64,000 bases of DNA. It comes from Candidatus Magasanikbacteria bacterium CG11_big_fil_rev_8_21_14_0_20_39_34. GTDB lineage: Bacteria > Patescibacteriota > Patescibacteriia > Magasanikbacterales > UBA922. The stretch lies in contig PCWN01000008.1 of assembly GCA_002787355.1 (NCBI GenBank), forward strand, positions 69,873 to 133,872. Direction: 5' to 3'. Numbering within the stretch: position 1 is the first letter of the stretch; the number at the start of each line of letters is the position of its first letter. The position numbers were made by a program, and so were the translations under genes. Under the pieces are notes generated by a model. The model saw nothing but the letters and a program-made list of their open reading frames with translations. It made no database searches and was not told where the DNA came from. This document shows positions 47,794-57,044 of this stretch, one piece after another.

Positions 47794-48891
47794 CTAAGTA
47801 CTTCTTCTTTTTTTCTCAAGGACTATCTCACTTGCAACCTCTCTTAGTGCCTGTTTGATTCCTTTCTCTGGAGCACCAAGGTAAATACCAGTCTCTGGAG
47901 TCTCTTCAGAATTTTGATTATTCCCCCAAAAGTCTAACGCTGTTTCTCGAATCTTTAAAATATTTCGGATCTCTTCATCTGCAAAATTGATACCACCACT
48001 TATCTGCGTAGGAAAGGGATTTTCTTCTTTACTTGAGATCTGCAAAATTTGATCAACCAATGCATCAAGAGATTCCTTTCTTTCTTGAGATGATTTTAAT
48101 GCTGCAATTTCTTCCAGTCTCCCAAAGTTTAAAAAGCTACTCAAAGAATACGCTTTCCATACCAACTTTTGGGTATTATCTACTTCTATTGGAACGCAAA
48201 TAGATATCCCCGTAGTTACTTGTACACCACATTCTCTTCGTAGATCCCCGGACCATTTTTCATCTACTGTCTTTGGTTCTTTTCGAAGCATATCCACCAA
48301 ATATTCCAACTCACTCTCAATCATAGTCCTTGGATCAACTTCATGCCAATTTTTATTTTCTTGAGAAAGGCTTTCTTTTGGTTTTGGTACAGCATCGCCT
48401 CTGTATTTTAGGATTCCATTGTCATCTCGAACCGCAAAATACGTAGGAAGAGTGTCTATCCCTATCAATACCTTGTCCATATGCTCTTTTAAGTCCCCAG
48501 ATACACCAATCAAAGATTCCAAAAGCAATGCAACTTTCCCAGTTGCCACTGCCTCTGCCATACGAGTCCTAAATGGATCCTGTACGCTTGCATGAGGATT
48601 CAATTTTTCGTACGATTCTTGAATCAATGCCTCATCCAAATCTTTTGTGCGAACTCCATCAACTTTTGAAAATCCAATCCCCTGCGTTTTACCATCTTCT
48701 CCTTGATACGTTCCAAACACTTTCTTTCGGTAATCTGAAGTTGTAGCAACCACTACAGTGCGCCCGAGAATTTCGTTGTAGACGGACTCAATCTCTGCTG
48801 AGGTAATTGTCTCCCGCTCTCGCAAAAAGTATTTTCTATGTCTTGATGGGTCTGAATCCATATTTTGATGAAGTGCCCCATTTTGGGGCAC
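47794..48891 (-). CDS. uncharacterised 365-aa protein encoded between dnaK and dnaJ
   Basis: Long ORF with a balanced, soluble-type composition and no motif I recognise. It is tightly packed between the dnaK stop (48919) and the dnaJ start (47768), on the same strand. Confidence 0.6.
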   Translation of the reverse strand: MPQNGALHQNMDSDPSRHRKYFLRERETITSAEIESVYNEILGRTVVVATTSDYRKKVFGTYQGEDGKTQGIGFSKVDGVRTKDLDEALIQESYEKLNPHASVQDPFRTRMAEAVATGKVALLLESLIGVSGDLKEHMDKVLIGIDTLPTYFAVRDDNGILKYRGDAVPKPKESLSQENKNWHEVDPRTMIESELEYLVDMLRKEPKTVDEKWSGDLRRECGVQVTTGISICVPIEVDNTQKLVWKAYSLSSFLNFGRLEEIAALKSSQERKESLDALVDQILQISSKEENPFPTQISGGINFADEEIRNILKIRETALDFWGNNQNSEETPETGIYLGAPEKGIKQALREVASEIVLEKKRRST

Positions 48892-48918
48892 CTCTCATTA
48901 ATAGTTTTTTAAGAAAGT

Positions 48919-50862
48919 TTACTTTTGGTCGTCAACAACCTCACCTTCAACCGCATCGTCATCATTGTCCTTTTTATCAGTTTGAGCATCCTGTGTAGAT
49001 GCACCATCTTGAGGTTTTTGCTCCTTGGCCTGTTCTTGCTGGTACATCTTCATCCCAACGGCTTGTGCAGAGGTAGAAAGCTCTTCTGAGGCCTTTTTGA
49101 TAGCTTCCATATCTTCCCCGTCCTTTACTTCTTTGAGTTTTTTAAGACCTTCTTCTACTTTTGCTTTTTCTTCTTCGGTTACTTCAATTTTCTTTTCTTC
49201 TACTTCTTTCATCATTTTTTCTGTTGTGTACACCATTGTATCAGCTGTATTTTTTACGTCAATCAATTCCCGCTTTTGTTTGTCTTCTTGTGCATGTGCT
49301 TCTGCATCTTTTTTCATTTGTTCAATCTCTTCATCTGAAAGTCCACTTGAGGCTTCAATACGAATGGATTGTTCCTTTCCAGTTCCTTTATCTTTGGCAG
49401 AAACATTCAAAATTCCATTGGCATCAATATCAAACTTTACCTCAATTTGTGGAACTCCACGAGGAGCCGGTGGTACACCATCCAAAATAAATCTTCCCAA
49501 ATTTTTGTTGTCTACCGCCATTTGACGTTCTCCTTGCAAAACATTAATTTCTACACTTGGTTGATTATCTGCAGCTGTGGAAAATACCTGTGTTTTGCTC
49601 GTTGGGATAGTAGTATTTTTTTCAATTAATTTCGTCATTACTCCTCCCAAAGTTTCAAGCCCAAGAGAAAGTGGAGTTACATCCAAGAGAAGAATCTCCT
49701 TTCCAAGGTCACCTTGGAGCTGTCCTGCCTGAATAGCAGCACCTACCGCAACAACCTCATCAGGATTCACCGTCACATTTGGTTTTTTACCAAAGAATTC
49801 TTCTACCTTCTTTTGAATAAGAGGCATTCTGGTCATTCCACCCACCAAAATAATTTCATTAATGTCATCTTTTTCTACCCCCGCATCGGCAAGAGCTCGC
49901 TTCATTGGCTCCATTGTCTTATCTGCAAGTTCCATGACCAACTCTTCCATCTTTGCTCGAGTCAACTTTAGATTCAAGTGTTTTGGACCTTCAGCACCTG
50001 ATGTGATAAAAGGTTCATTTATCTCAGTTTCTGGGGTACTTGATAACTCAATTTTTGCTTTTTCTGCTGCATCTTTTACTCTCTGAAGTGAAAGAGGATC
50101 ATGAGAGAGGTCAATTCCTTCAACTTTCTTGAATTCCTCTAAAATCCATTCAATAATTTTTTTATCAAAGTCATCTCCACCAAGGTGAGTATCTCCATTG
50201 GTTGCCAACACCTCTACAGTAGAGTGTCCGTCCTCATGATCATGGGAAATATCTAATACAGAAACATCAAATGTCCCACCTCCCAAGTCATAAACCGCAA
50301 TCTTTTGATCATTCTTTTTATCAAATCCGTAAGCAAAAGCGGCTGCCGTTGGCTCATTGATCACACGCAAAACTTCCAAACCAGCAATTTCACCGGCATG
50401 CTTGGTAGCCTGTCTTTGTGAATCATCAAAATACGCAGGAACGGTAATTACCGCCTGAGTAATCTTTTCTCCTGTCTTTTCTTCTGCATCTGCTTTCAAC
50501 TTTTGCAATACCATTGCAGAAATTTCTGGTGCGGCATAATCATGATCACCCATTTTTACTTTAATTTTATCTCCATCTGCAATAATCTCATACGGAACAT
50601 GCTTTCTAATATCTGCAACCTCAGGATCCGTAGATTTTCTTCCAATAAGACGCTTGATAGAATGCAAAGTATTGGTTGGATTGGTGACGGCCTGTCGTTT
50701 TGCCAATTGTCCTACAAGACGTTCACCGGTTTTTGATACAGCAATAATTGAAGGTGTTGTTCTATTTCCTTCTTTATTCTCTAAAACTTTTGGCTGTCCA
50801 CCCTCTACAATTGCCATACATGAGTTGGTGGTACCAAGATCTATTCCTAAAATTTTTGACAT
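48919..50862 (-). CDS. dnaK: chaperone DnaK (Hsp70)
   Basis: Start at [14 protein letters not shown] (CAT 50860-50862). Hsp70 signatures [24 protein letters not shown] and an acidic C-terminal tail. The ORF-track N-terminal extension was ignored. Confidence 0.95.
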   Translation of the reverse strand: MSKILGIDLGTTNSCMAIVEGGQPKVLENKEGNRTTPSIIAVSKTGERLVGQLAKRQAVTNPTNTLHSIKRLIGRKSTDPEVADIRKHVPYEIIADGDKIKVKMGDHDYAAPEISAMVLQKLKADAEEKTGEKITQAVITVPAYFDDSQRQATKHAGEIAGLEVLRVINEPTAAAFAYGFDKKNDQKIAVYDLGGGTFDVSVLDISHDHEDGHSTVEVLATNGDTHLGGDDFDKKIIEWILEEFKKVEGIDLSHDPLSLQRVKDAAEKAKIELSSTPETEINEPFITSGAEGPKHLNLKLTRAKMEELVMELADKTMEPMKRALADAGVEKDDINEIILVGGMTRMPLIQKKVEEFFGKKPNVTVNPDEVVAVGAAIQAGQLQGDLGKEILLLDVTPLSLGLETLGGVMTKLIEKNTTIPTSKTQVFSTAADNQPSVEINVLQGERQMAVDNKNLGRFILDGVPPAPRGVPQIEVKFDIDANGILNVSAKDKGTGKEQSIRIEASSGLSDEEIEQMKKDAEAHAQEDKQKRELIDVKNTADTMVYTTEKMMKEVEEKKIEVTEEEKAKVEEGLKKLKEVKDGEDMEAIKKASEELSTSAQAVGMKMYQQEQAKEQKPQDGASTQDAQTDKKDNDDDAVEGEVVDDQK

Positions 50863-50916
50863 ATATATTTTTTTATTACGATAATTAAGATCTACGTTTT
50901 GTTCAACCCCTCTTTG

Positions 50917-50947
50917 CTTGGTACTAAAGAATTTCCATAGTACCAAG
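50917..50947 (-). other. intra-operon stem-loop between hsp20 and dnaK
   Basis: A perfect 9-bp inverted repeat CTTGGTACT (50917-50925) / AGTACCAAG (50939-50947) with a 13-nt loop. It is not followed by a T-run in the transcribed (minus) orientation. Confidence 0.35.
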
Positions 50948-50980
50948 AAACAAAAGTTAAACAAGAGAGGGATTCATCCT

Positions 50981-51433
50981 TTATTTTTTCTTTGTATTAT
51001 TTTTTACAACTTTTATATCTACCTTCTTTGTTTGTGCTGGACTTGCTTTTGGGCAAGTAATTTTTAAAACTCCATCACAAAATTCTGCATTAATTTTTTC
51101 TTCCTTTACGGATCCAGGGAGTGGCACCTTTCGAAAAAATGAACCACTTCGAATTTCTTTTCGATAATAATTTTTTTCTTCAATTTCATGTTCTGTTTTG
51201 GTTTCACCTCTTAATGTTACTACATTTTTTTCTACGGTGACCTCCACATCTTTTGGATCAAGACCAGCAAGATCCGCTTTTACAATTATATTATTTTTTT
51301 CTTCGTAGACGTCTACTGCTGGCGCAAAAGCGCTGTGTACAGATTGAAGTGCAGGGACACGCGGAAATGATGACATGATTTCCTCCATTTCGGAAAATGG
51401 ATCAAATCCTGGTGACCATTTAATCAAAGACAT
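50981..51433 (-). CDS. Hsp20/alpha-crystallin family small heat-shock protein
   Basis: 150-aa protein with an alpha-crystallin domain (PAVDVYEE…IVKADLAG…KDVEVTVE…LRGE…FFRKVPLP…AEFCDGVLKI). Confidence 0.85.
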   Translation of the reverse strand: MSLIKWSPGFDPFSEMEEIMSSFPRVPALQSVHSAFAPAVDVYEEKNNIIVKADLAGLDPKDVEVTVEKNVVTLRGETKTEHEIEEKNYYRKEIRSGSFFRKVPLPGSVKEEKINAEFCDGVLKITCPKASPAQTKKVDIKVVKNNTKKK

Positions 51434-51491
51434 ATGTTTGCCTCCTGTAACTTTGAAAGGAAAATATCAAAGTTACTTAATGAATTAAAAT

Positions 51492-52043
51492 TTATTTATT
51501 TTCTCTTCTACAAACTACAACCCGTGCCGCCTGGATTACCCCATTGCTGGTTTTATATCCACCACTTAACTCCTGTAAGACTATCCCATCTTCACACTCA
51601 TCATTATCCTCTTCCTTTACAGCCTCATGCATAGCTGGGTCAAATGGTTCACCCACCGTTTTTATTTCTTCAATTCCATGTGCGGAAAGAACGGTCCAAA
51701 ATTGCTTCATAATATATTCAATCCCCTTTTTCCAGTTTTCCCAACTTGCTTGACTACTATCTGCAGAATCTAAACCCTGTACTGAAAAAGCAAATGCTTT
51801 TTTAAAGTTCTCATATATGGGAATAAACTCTTCAAGAATTTGAACTTCACTCATCTTGGCCCAGGCACTGCGTTGTGTTGAAACTTCTTTTTGTAAATTT
51901 TGATAATCAGCCTGTGCACGAAGCCATCCTAACTTATACTGTGCACAGTTTTCACATTCTCCGTTTTCTTGTGATGTTTCTGTCACCAACGTCTCTTGAT
52001 CTTCTTGAATTTCATTTTCAATTTGTTTTTCTTTTTTACTCAT
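51492..52043 (-). CDS. grpE: nucleotide exchange factor GrpE
   Basis: Coiled-coil N-terminal part and a GrpE C-terminal domain with FDPAMHEAV. Confidence 0.85.
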   Translation of the reverse strand: MSKKEKQIENEIQEDQETLVTETSQENGECENCAQYKLGWLRAQADYQNLQKEVSTQRSAWAKMSEVQILEEFIPIYENFKKAFAFSVQGLDSADSSQASWENWKKGIEYIMKQFWTVLSAHGIEEIKTVGEPFDPAMHEAVKEEDNDECEDGIVLQELSGGYKTSNGVIQAARVVVCRRENK

Positions 52044-52048
52044 AGAAT

Positions 52049-52732
52049 CTAATGCATTAAATCATGAATTTTTGATATAAGCTTTATATTATTTTTGTAA
52101 CGCATACGCATAGGACCAAGGAGTATGAAAAGATGTTCATTTCCAAAACGAGTTACAATAGAACTACATTCTCCTCCAAAAGGATTCTCGGATCCAATAA
52201 ATACTTTAATCTCATTCTTTGCTATCTGTTCATATACCTCGGGTATTCTACTCTCACACTCATCAAACACAGAAGATACATTTAATGTATATGCATAATT
52301 TTGAAATTCGGGCTGAGAAAAAAGATTTGAAATACCCGTATAGTACAAACTATTTTTCCCAAATGAAACAATAACCGCATTCCCCGCAAATTCTGCAGAA
52401 AATTTTGCAAATGCCTTTATTTTTTCTTTTGGTTCTTGAGACACAACCAGTGAGGTATCAAATAAATTGTGTGTGTCTTTTGTAATTTCTTCCCCTAAAT
52501 CGAGATGCTCCACATAGTATTTATACCCCAACTCGGTAGGGATTCTTCCCGCAGAGGTATGCGGATGGGTTAAATATCCCATCTCCTCCAAGGCACGAAG
52601 CTCATTTCGTATAGTAGCCCCAGAAACGTCAAAATCGCTATTTTCAGACAAAAAACTTGACCCAATGGGCTCTACAGTATTTATATAGCTCTCAATCACA
52701 AACATGAGTATAGCCTCTTGTCTTTCAGTCAT
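52049..52732 (-). CDS. hrcA: heat-inducible transcription repressor HrcA (short form)
   Basis: The N-terminal winged helix LTERQEAILMFVIESYINTVEPIGS…ATIRNELRALEEMGYLTHPHTSAGRIPTELGYKYYVEHL matches HrcA. It is first in the operon and is preceded by a CIRCE element. Confidence 0.8.
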   Translation of the reverse strand: MTERQEAILMFVIESYINTVEPIGSSFLSENSDFDVSGATIRNELRALEEMGYLTHPHTSAGRIPTELGYKYYVEHLDLGEEITKDTHNLFDTSLVVSQEPKEKIKAFAKFSAEFAGNAVIVSFGKNSLYYTGISNLFSQPEFQNYAYTLNVSSVFDECESRIPEVYEQIAKNEIKVFIGSENPFGGECSSIVTRFGNEHLFILLGPMRMRYKNNIKLISKIHDLMH

Positions 52733-52733
52733 A

Positions 52734-52760
52734 TTATCACTCTTTATACATGAGTGATAA
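52734..52760. promoter_or_regulatory. CIRCE-like HrcA operator (TTATCACTC-N9-GAGTGATAA)
   Basis: A perfect 9-N9-9 inverted repeat. It differs from the consensus TTAGCACTC-N9-GAGTGCTAA at one position per arm. It lies immediately 5' of the hrcA ATG and overlaps the predicted -10. Confidence 0.75.
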
Positions 52761-52785
52761 TATCATAGCTTGAAATTTTGGTCAA
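52757..52785 (-). promoter_or_regulatory. sigma-70-type promoter of the hrcA-grpE-hsp20-dnaK-X-dnaJ operon
   Basis: On the minus strand: TTGACC (52785-52780), a 17-nt spacer, then TATTAT (52762-52757). The -10 overlaps the right CIRCE half-site. Confidence 0.5.
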
Positions 52786-52825
52786 AATAGAGTTATCCAC
52801 AAGAATACCCTCCTCAGCAGCAAAA

Positions 52826-52856
52826 TAAAAAACCGGCTTTTAGTCCGGTTTTTTTG
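52826..52856. terminator. bidirectional rho-independent terminator downstream of the SPFH gene
   Basis: ACCGG cttttagt CCGGT with an A-run upstream and a T-run downstream. Confidence 0.6.
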
Positions 52857-52874
52857 CTATTTTTTGAGAAAAAA

Positions 52875-53477
52875 TTATTCCTCAGCAGTAGTTTTTTTGT
52901 ATTCCTTTACATTGGCAATTTCAGAAAGAAGGACATTTTCTACAAAAATCCCACGAGAGTAAAAAATTCTTTCAAGTTCATTTTTTAACTGAACTTCTAC
53001 CTCATCTCGCTTCTGCCCCATGACAGCATCCTGGGTGAACCGACAAGCTACCATACGAATACGACTACGTACCGTAGGACGAATAATCTTAGATACAAAG
53101 TCTTCACCAATAGTTTGCCAGATATTTGGAATCTGTTGCATGTCCAACCGTAACAAAATAGTTCCCTCGACACCAATACGTTGATTATCTTCGGTAACGG
53201 CTGCAATGGGAATATCTCCCAATGCATTTTCATTTGCTAAGTTGAAATCACGTGAAATGCTATATTCTAACGTCTGTGTATTAAAAAGCTTTGCCTTTTG
53301 CCAAAAAGGGATTTTAAAATGTAGTCCCGGTTTCAAAACTTTTTTTATGACTCCTTTTCCAAGATCATAAACACAAGCAACGTATCCCGGTGGTACTTTA
53401 ATAAATATTCCCTTCAGCACATCCTCCATCACAAAGGAGTACATTAGTTTATCGAGTGATTCGCCACCTTGACTCAT
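52875..53477 (-). CDS. SPFH/band-7 (stomatin/prohibitin/HflK-C-like) domain protein
   Basis: 200-aa protein whose pattern (…GLHFKIPFWQKA…TQTLE…IPAAVTEDNQRIGVEGTILLRL…, C-terminal helical QLKNELERIF…GIFVENVLLSEI) fits the SPFH core. Confidence 0.7.
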   Translation of the reverse strand: MSQGGESLDKLMYSFVMEDVLKGIFIKVPPGYVACVYDLGKGVIKKVLKPGLHFKIPFWQKAKLFNTQTLEYSISRDFNLANENALGDIPIAAVTEDNQRIGVEGTILLRLDMQQIPNIWQTIGEDFVSKIIRPTVRSRIRMVACRFTQDAVMGQKRDEVEVQLKNELERIFYSRGIFVENVLLSEIANVKEYKKTTAEE

Positions 53478-53522
53478 ATGATAATTTATAAATTAACAAT
53501 GTTTAAGAAAATAAAGGAAAAA

Positions 53523-54230
53523 TTATGCTTTTTTCTTTTTTGGTCCCCGAAACAACAGCAAACTGACCCATCCAATCACTAAAGAAAAAATCATTGAAGC
53601 TAATATGAATAAAGATTTTACCATAGGCAACCACCATAATGCGAGAAAAACAGACAGAGGAAAAAGGAAAAAAAACATGAGATCCGACTTATACAGATTA
53701 TTCTTTCTTCCACGAAATTCAAAATAAATTTCCACAAGTAAAAATAACGTTATCAGTCCTGGCCAAAAAAGTGTATTCCTTTCTCCAAGTTCAAACCCAT
53801 AAAAAGTAGTATTGATAGCTCCGGGAAAATCCACGGAATCATAGAGAAGATTCACAACATTTTTTCCTACAATACCATGTGTAAAGACTTGATACAAAAG
53901 CACCAAAAACAAACCCTGTATTCCCAAACTCATTGCCTTTGCCCAAGGGCTAACCTTTCGTTTTTTGAGGACCTTTCGTATTTCTTCTTTCTTTTGAACC
54001 GGATCTTTTGCATAATCCTTTTCCAAACGTTTTACTTCATCTGAAAGTTCAATATTACTTATTTTGTTGCGCTCCATGATAAGAGTCAAAGGCAACAAAA
54101 ACATTCGCAAAAGGATTGTGACGTATATCACAGCCCACCCTAAATTTTGTTCTGTCCAATTATTATAGGCATAGAACAAAAAATTAAAGAGTGGCCGGAA
54201 CAAAAAATCATTCCAAATACTTGAGAACAT
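53523..54230 (-). CDS. yidC: YidC/Oxa1 family membrane protein insertase (short, monoderm-type)
   Basis: …VTILLRMFLLPLTL…SNIELSDEVKRLEKDYAKDPVQKKEEIRKVLKKRKVSPW… matches the conserved YidC TM1-loop region. There are 5 hydrophobic segments and a Lys-rich C-terminus. Confidence 0.7.
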   Translation of the reverse strand: MFSSIWNDFLFRPLFNFLFYAYNNWTEQNLGWAVIYVTILLRMFLLPLTLIMERNKISNIELSDEVKRLEKDYAKDPVQKKEEIRKVLKKRKVSPWAKAMSLGIQGLFLVLLYQVFTHGIVGKNVVNLLYDSVDFPGAINTTFYGFELGERNTLFWPGLITLFLLVEIYFEFRGRKNNLYKSDLMFFFLFPLSVFLALWWLPMVKSLFILASMIFSLVIGWVSLLLFRGPKKKKA

Positions 54231-54286
54231 ATACAGATATTATACCTAAAAAAGGTCAAAAAATCAAGTATCTTCCAAAAAAGTTT

Positions 54287-54862
54287 TTATGCCACAGATT
54301 TGTCTAGCTCAGATAGAAATTGACGAACCAGCTCTTCTGAGAGACCCAAAATAGCACTGTATTCTCCCTCATAGCCTTCAATCCAAGTGGCTGCTCTCCC
54401 CTGCAGAGCATAGGCCCCAGCCTTATCCATCCAGTCTGCTTGTGGGTCATCCAGGTAATCCTGAATCTGCTTATCATCCATCTGCTTAAAGAAAATAGAA
54501 GCTTCTTTATGTCCAACATATTGTTTTCCGGGAGCCAAGAGTGCAACACCCGTATAGACAAAACTCTTTTTCCCCTGAAGACTCTTTACCATACCAAAGG
54601 CATCATCTTTTGTTTTTGGTTTTCCCAAAAGTTTCCCCTCCGGATCCAATACAATAGTATCGGAACCAATGACAGCCGCATCTGTATATTTTTCAAAAAT
54701 ATCTGCTGCTTTTTGAATTGCAAAATCCTCTACTAAATCTATTGCGTTGGTATGCAAAGAATGGTTTTCTTCAAAATTGCTTGGAATTATTTCATAATCA
54801 AGACCCATTTTATCCATAACTTCTTTTCTCCTGGGGCTTGATGATGCAAGTATAAGGCGCAT
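54287..54862 (-). CDS. maf: Maf-like nucleoside-triphosphate pyrophosphatase
   Basis: MRLILASSSPRRKEVMDKMGL…, …VIGSDTIV… and a conserved C-terminus. Confidence 0.85.
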   Translation of the reverse strand: MRLILASSSPRRKEVMDKMGLDYEIIPSNFEENHSLHTNAIDLVEDFAIQKAADIFEKYTDAAVIGSDTIVLDPEGKLLGKPKTKDDAFGMVKSLQGKKSFVYTGVALLAPGKQYVGHKEASIFFKQMDDKQIQDYLDDPQADWMDKAGAYALQGRAATWIEGYEGEYSAILGLSEELVRQFLSELDKSVA

Positions 54863-54867
54863 ATTTT

Positions 54868-56331
54868 TTATTGTTTGTTATCAATAAACTCCCAATCTTT
54901 TGCTTTTTGTATGTACCGATCCTTCATTTTTTCAAAGTATTCCTTTGCTGCTTCATATTCATTGGGAATTTCACCATCTAAAATGGCTCTTTCTATTTCT
55001 TCTTTAATTTCTCCTACCGTTGGCCCTGGTTTCAAACCACAAATCTCCATTATCTCTTCTCCACGAACCGGTGATTGAAATGCTCTCAGTTTATCTTTTT
55101 CTAAAACTTCTGCAATTCTTTTCTCCAGTCTGTCATAATTGGTAAGACGTTTCTTTTTCTTACTTTGATTTCCTGTGGTTACGTCCGCACGACAAAGAAT
55201 CAAAAGATCGTCCAAATCTTCTTGTAGGTTCACAATAAGCCTGCGAACAGCAGAATCCGTAACACCTTCATCCATAAGAGCAATTGGCTGCAAATGCCAA
55301 CGCACCAGCTCTGCCACATATTGAATATCCTGCTTTTTCATTCTTAGTCTTTTACAAATTTCCCAAGTCATTTTTTTTCCAAGATGTTCGTGCATGTCAA
55401 AAGTCCATCCACGAGATGGATCAAATTTTTTTGTTTCAGGCTTTGCAATATCATGCATAAGACCAGCAAATCGAAGAAGTGGTTTTTTACTGTAGGTTGC
55501 AATATTATCTACCACAGCAAACGTATGGGACAAATTTTCTTTATGTTTGTATCCCTTTACCTCTTCTACTCCGGCAAGTGCCGCAACCTCTGGTAAAAAC
55601 TCATCTAACAACTTCGTTCCATGAAGAAGTTGCAATCCAACAGATGGAACATTGGTAGCCAAAAGCTTCATAAGCTCCTCTTGAATGCGTTCCTGGGATA
55701 TAATTTTTATTCGTTCTCTATTTTTATGAATAGACAACAAGACTTCTTCTTTGAGAGAAAAATTAAGCTGTGCAGCAAACCGTGCCGCGCGGAGCATACG
55801 CAAAGGATCCTCAAAAAATGTTTCATCCGGATCAAGAGGAGTTTGAAGAGTTTTATTTTTCAAATTTTGTTGACCATGAAAAGGATCTACAATTTTTGAA
55901 GACAGTCCGGAAGCAATTACCTTTCGTGCCATAGCATTCACTGTAAAGTCCCGACGCTTTAAGTCTTCCTCAAGTGAAGTTGCCATGACTTCAGGTTTTC
56001 TCGAGTTATCTTTATATTTTTCTGTACGTGCCCCTGCAAATTCCAACTCAAATACACTCTTTTCCCTTTTTTCATCCATAATGACAAAACGTGCCGTATC
56101 AAAATCCGGAAACTCCACCAGTGCACTCTCGCCTACATACATTTCATCAAATTTTCTTGCAAACTCAATGCCGGACCCCAGTACCACAAAGTCCAAATCT
56201 TTTTTATCGGGAATCCCCAAAAGCTCATCACGCACAAAACCACCTACTACATATACCTCGGTAGCACTTGCTTGAGAAGCCTTTGAAACGAATTGAAAAA
56301 TGTGCTGAATTGTCATATATTCGTACTTCAC
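54868..56331 (-). CDS. cca: CCA-adding tRNA nucleotidyltransferase with HD domain
   Basis: PolyA_pol head domain (VYVVGGFVRDELLG…DLDFVV). RNA-binding neck. C-terminal HD domain (HTFAV…GLMHDIAKP). Confidence 0.85.
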   Translation of the reverse strand: MKYEYMTIQHIFQFVSKASQASATEVYVVGGFVRDELLGIPDKKDLDFVVLGSGIEFARKFDEMYVGESALVEFPDFDTARFVIMDEKREKSVFELEFAGARTEKYKDNSRKPEVMATSLEEDLKRRDFTVNAMARKVIASGLSSKIVDPFHGQQNLKNKTLQTPLDPDETFFEDPLRMLRAARFAAQLNFSLKEEVLLSIHKNRERIKIISQERIQEELMKLLATNVPSVGLQLLHGTKLLDEFLPEVAALAGVEEVKGYKHKENLSHTFAVVDNIATYSKKPLLRFAGLMHDIAKPETKKFDPSRGWTFDMHEHLGKKMTWEICKRLRMKKQDIQYVAELVRWHLQPIALMDEGVTDSAVRRLIVNLQEDLDDLLILCRADVTTGNQSKKKKRLTNYDRLEKRIAEVLEKDKLRAFQSPVRGEEIMEICGLKPGPTVGEIKEEIERAILDGEIPNEYEAAKEYFEKMKDRYIQKAKDWEFIDNKQ

Positions 56332-56434
56332 TTGCTAGAATATCAAAAAAAAGCTAAAATTACAAGAGTTTATGCTAATCCATGCAATTTAAACTATTTT
56401 ATTCATATTTTCATCAATTATTATCCTCTCTCCT

Positions 56435-56701
56435 ATGAAACTTTTTCTTACCGGATTTATTACTATTTTTTTGGCCGAACTTGGCGATAAAACACAAATT
56501 GCCACCCTCCTTTTTGCTGCCAATAAAGATCATCCAAAACTTATTGTATTTTTAAGTGCCGCGGCAGCCCTTATTCTTACGAGTGCCATTGGAGTACTTC
56601 TTGGAAGTGCTCTCTCCGTATACCTAGATGAAAGAATGCTTAAACTTCTTGCTGGATTTGGCTTCATCATTGTTGGTGCTTGGACCCTTTTTGCAAAATA
56701 A
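56435..56701 (+). CDS. UPF0016 (GDT1/TMEM165) family membrane protein, single-repeat form
   Basis: 88 aa with 3 TM segments and the signature E-x-G-D-K-T (ELGDKTQIATLLFAA). Confidence 0.7.
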   Translation: MKLFLTGFITIFLAELGDKTQIATLLFAANKDHPKLIVFLSAAAALILTSAIGVLLGSALSVYLDERMLKLLAGFGFIIVGAWTLFAK

Positions 56702-56704
56702 AGA

Positions 56705-56998
56705 ATGAAAGAAAATGAAGGTATCATTGTACTCGTAGGTATGGGGAAAATAGCTCTCAATGACAAAACGGATGAAGAAATTGCCAAAATGGTACAGTTG
56801 GGCGATGTAGAATCGTTTGGAGTTTTGGTGGAAAGATATGAACCAAAAATGCTTCGTTACGCACAAAGATTTCTTTTTCATAAACAAGATACCGAAGATC
56901 AAGTTCAAGAGGTATTCTTAAAAGCCTATACCAATATTCAAGGTTTTGATACGAAAAGAAAATTTTCTCCTTGGATATATCTCGTATTGCTCATATAA
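56705..56998 (+). CDS. sigma-70 region-2-only protein (probable truncated ECF-type sigma factor)
   Basis: LVERYEPKMLRYAQRFLFHKQDTEDQVQEVFLKAYTNIQGFDTKRKFSPWIY fits sigma-70 region 2. The ORF stops right after it. No region-4 (HTH) coding sequence follows in any frame before gpsA on the opposite strand. Confidence 0.5.
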   Translation: MKENEGIIVLVGMGKIALNDKTDEEIAKMVQLGDVESFGVLVERYEPKMLRYAQRFLFHKQDTEDQVQEVFLKAYTNIQGFDTKRKFSPWIYLVLLI

Positions 56999-57044
56999 AA
57001 AAAGAAGATACCCATGTATCTCTTTTTTTTATTTGCAAAAAATT

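Noticed and set aside
51434-51491. AT-rich inverted repeat AACTTTGA-N10-TCAAAGTT between grpE and hsp20, considered as a second operator or terminator
   Set aside because: It is a weak AT-only stem without a T-run and no resemblance to CIRCE or other known operators. Too uncertain to call.
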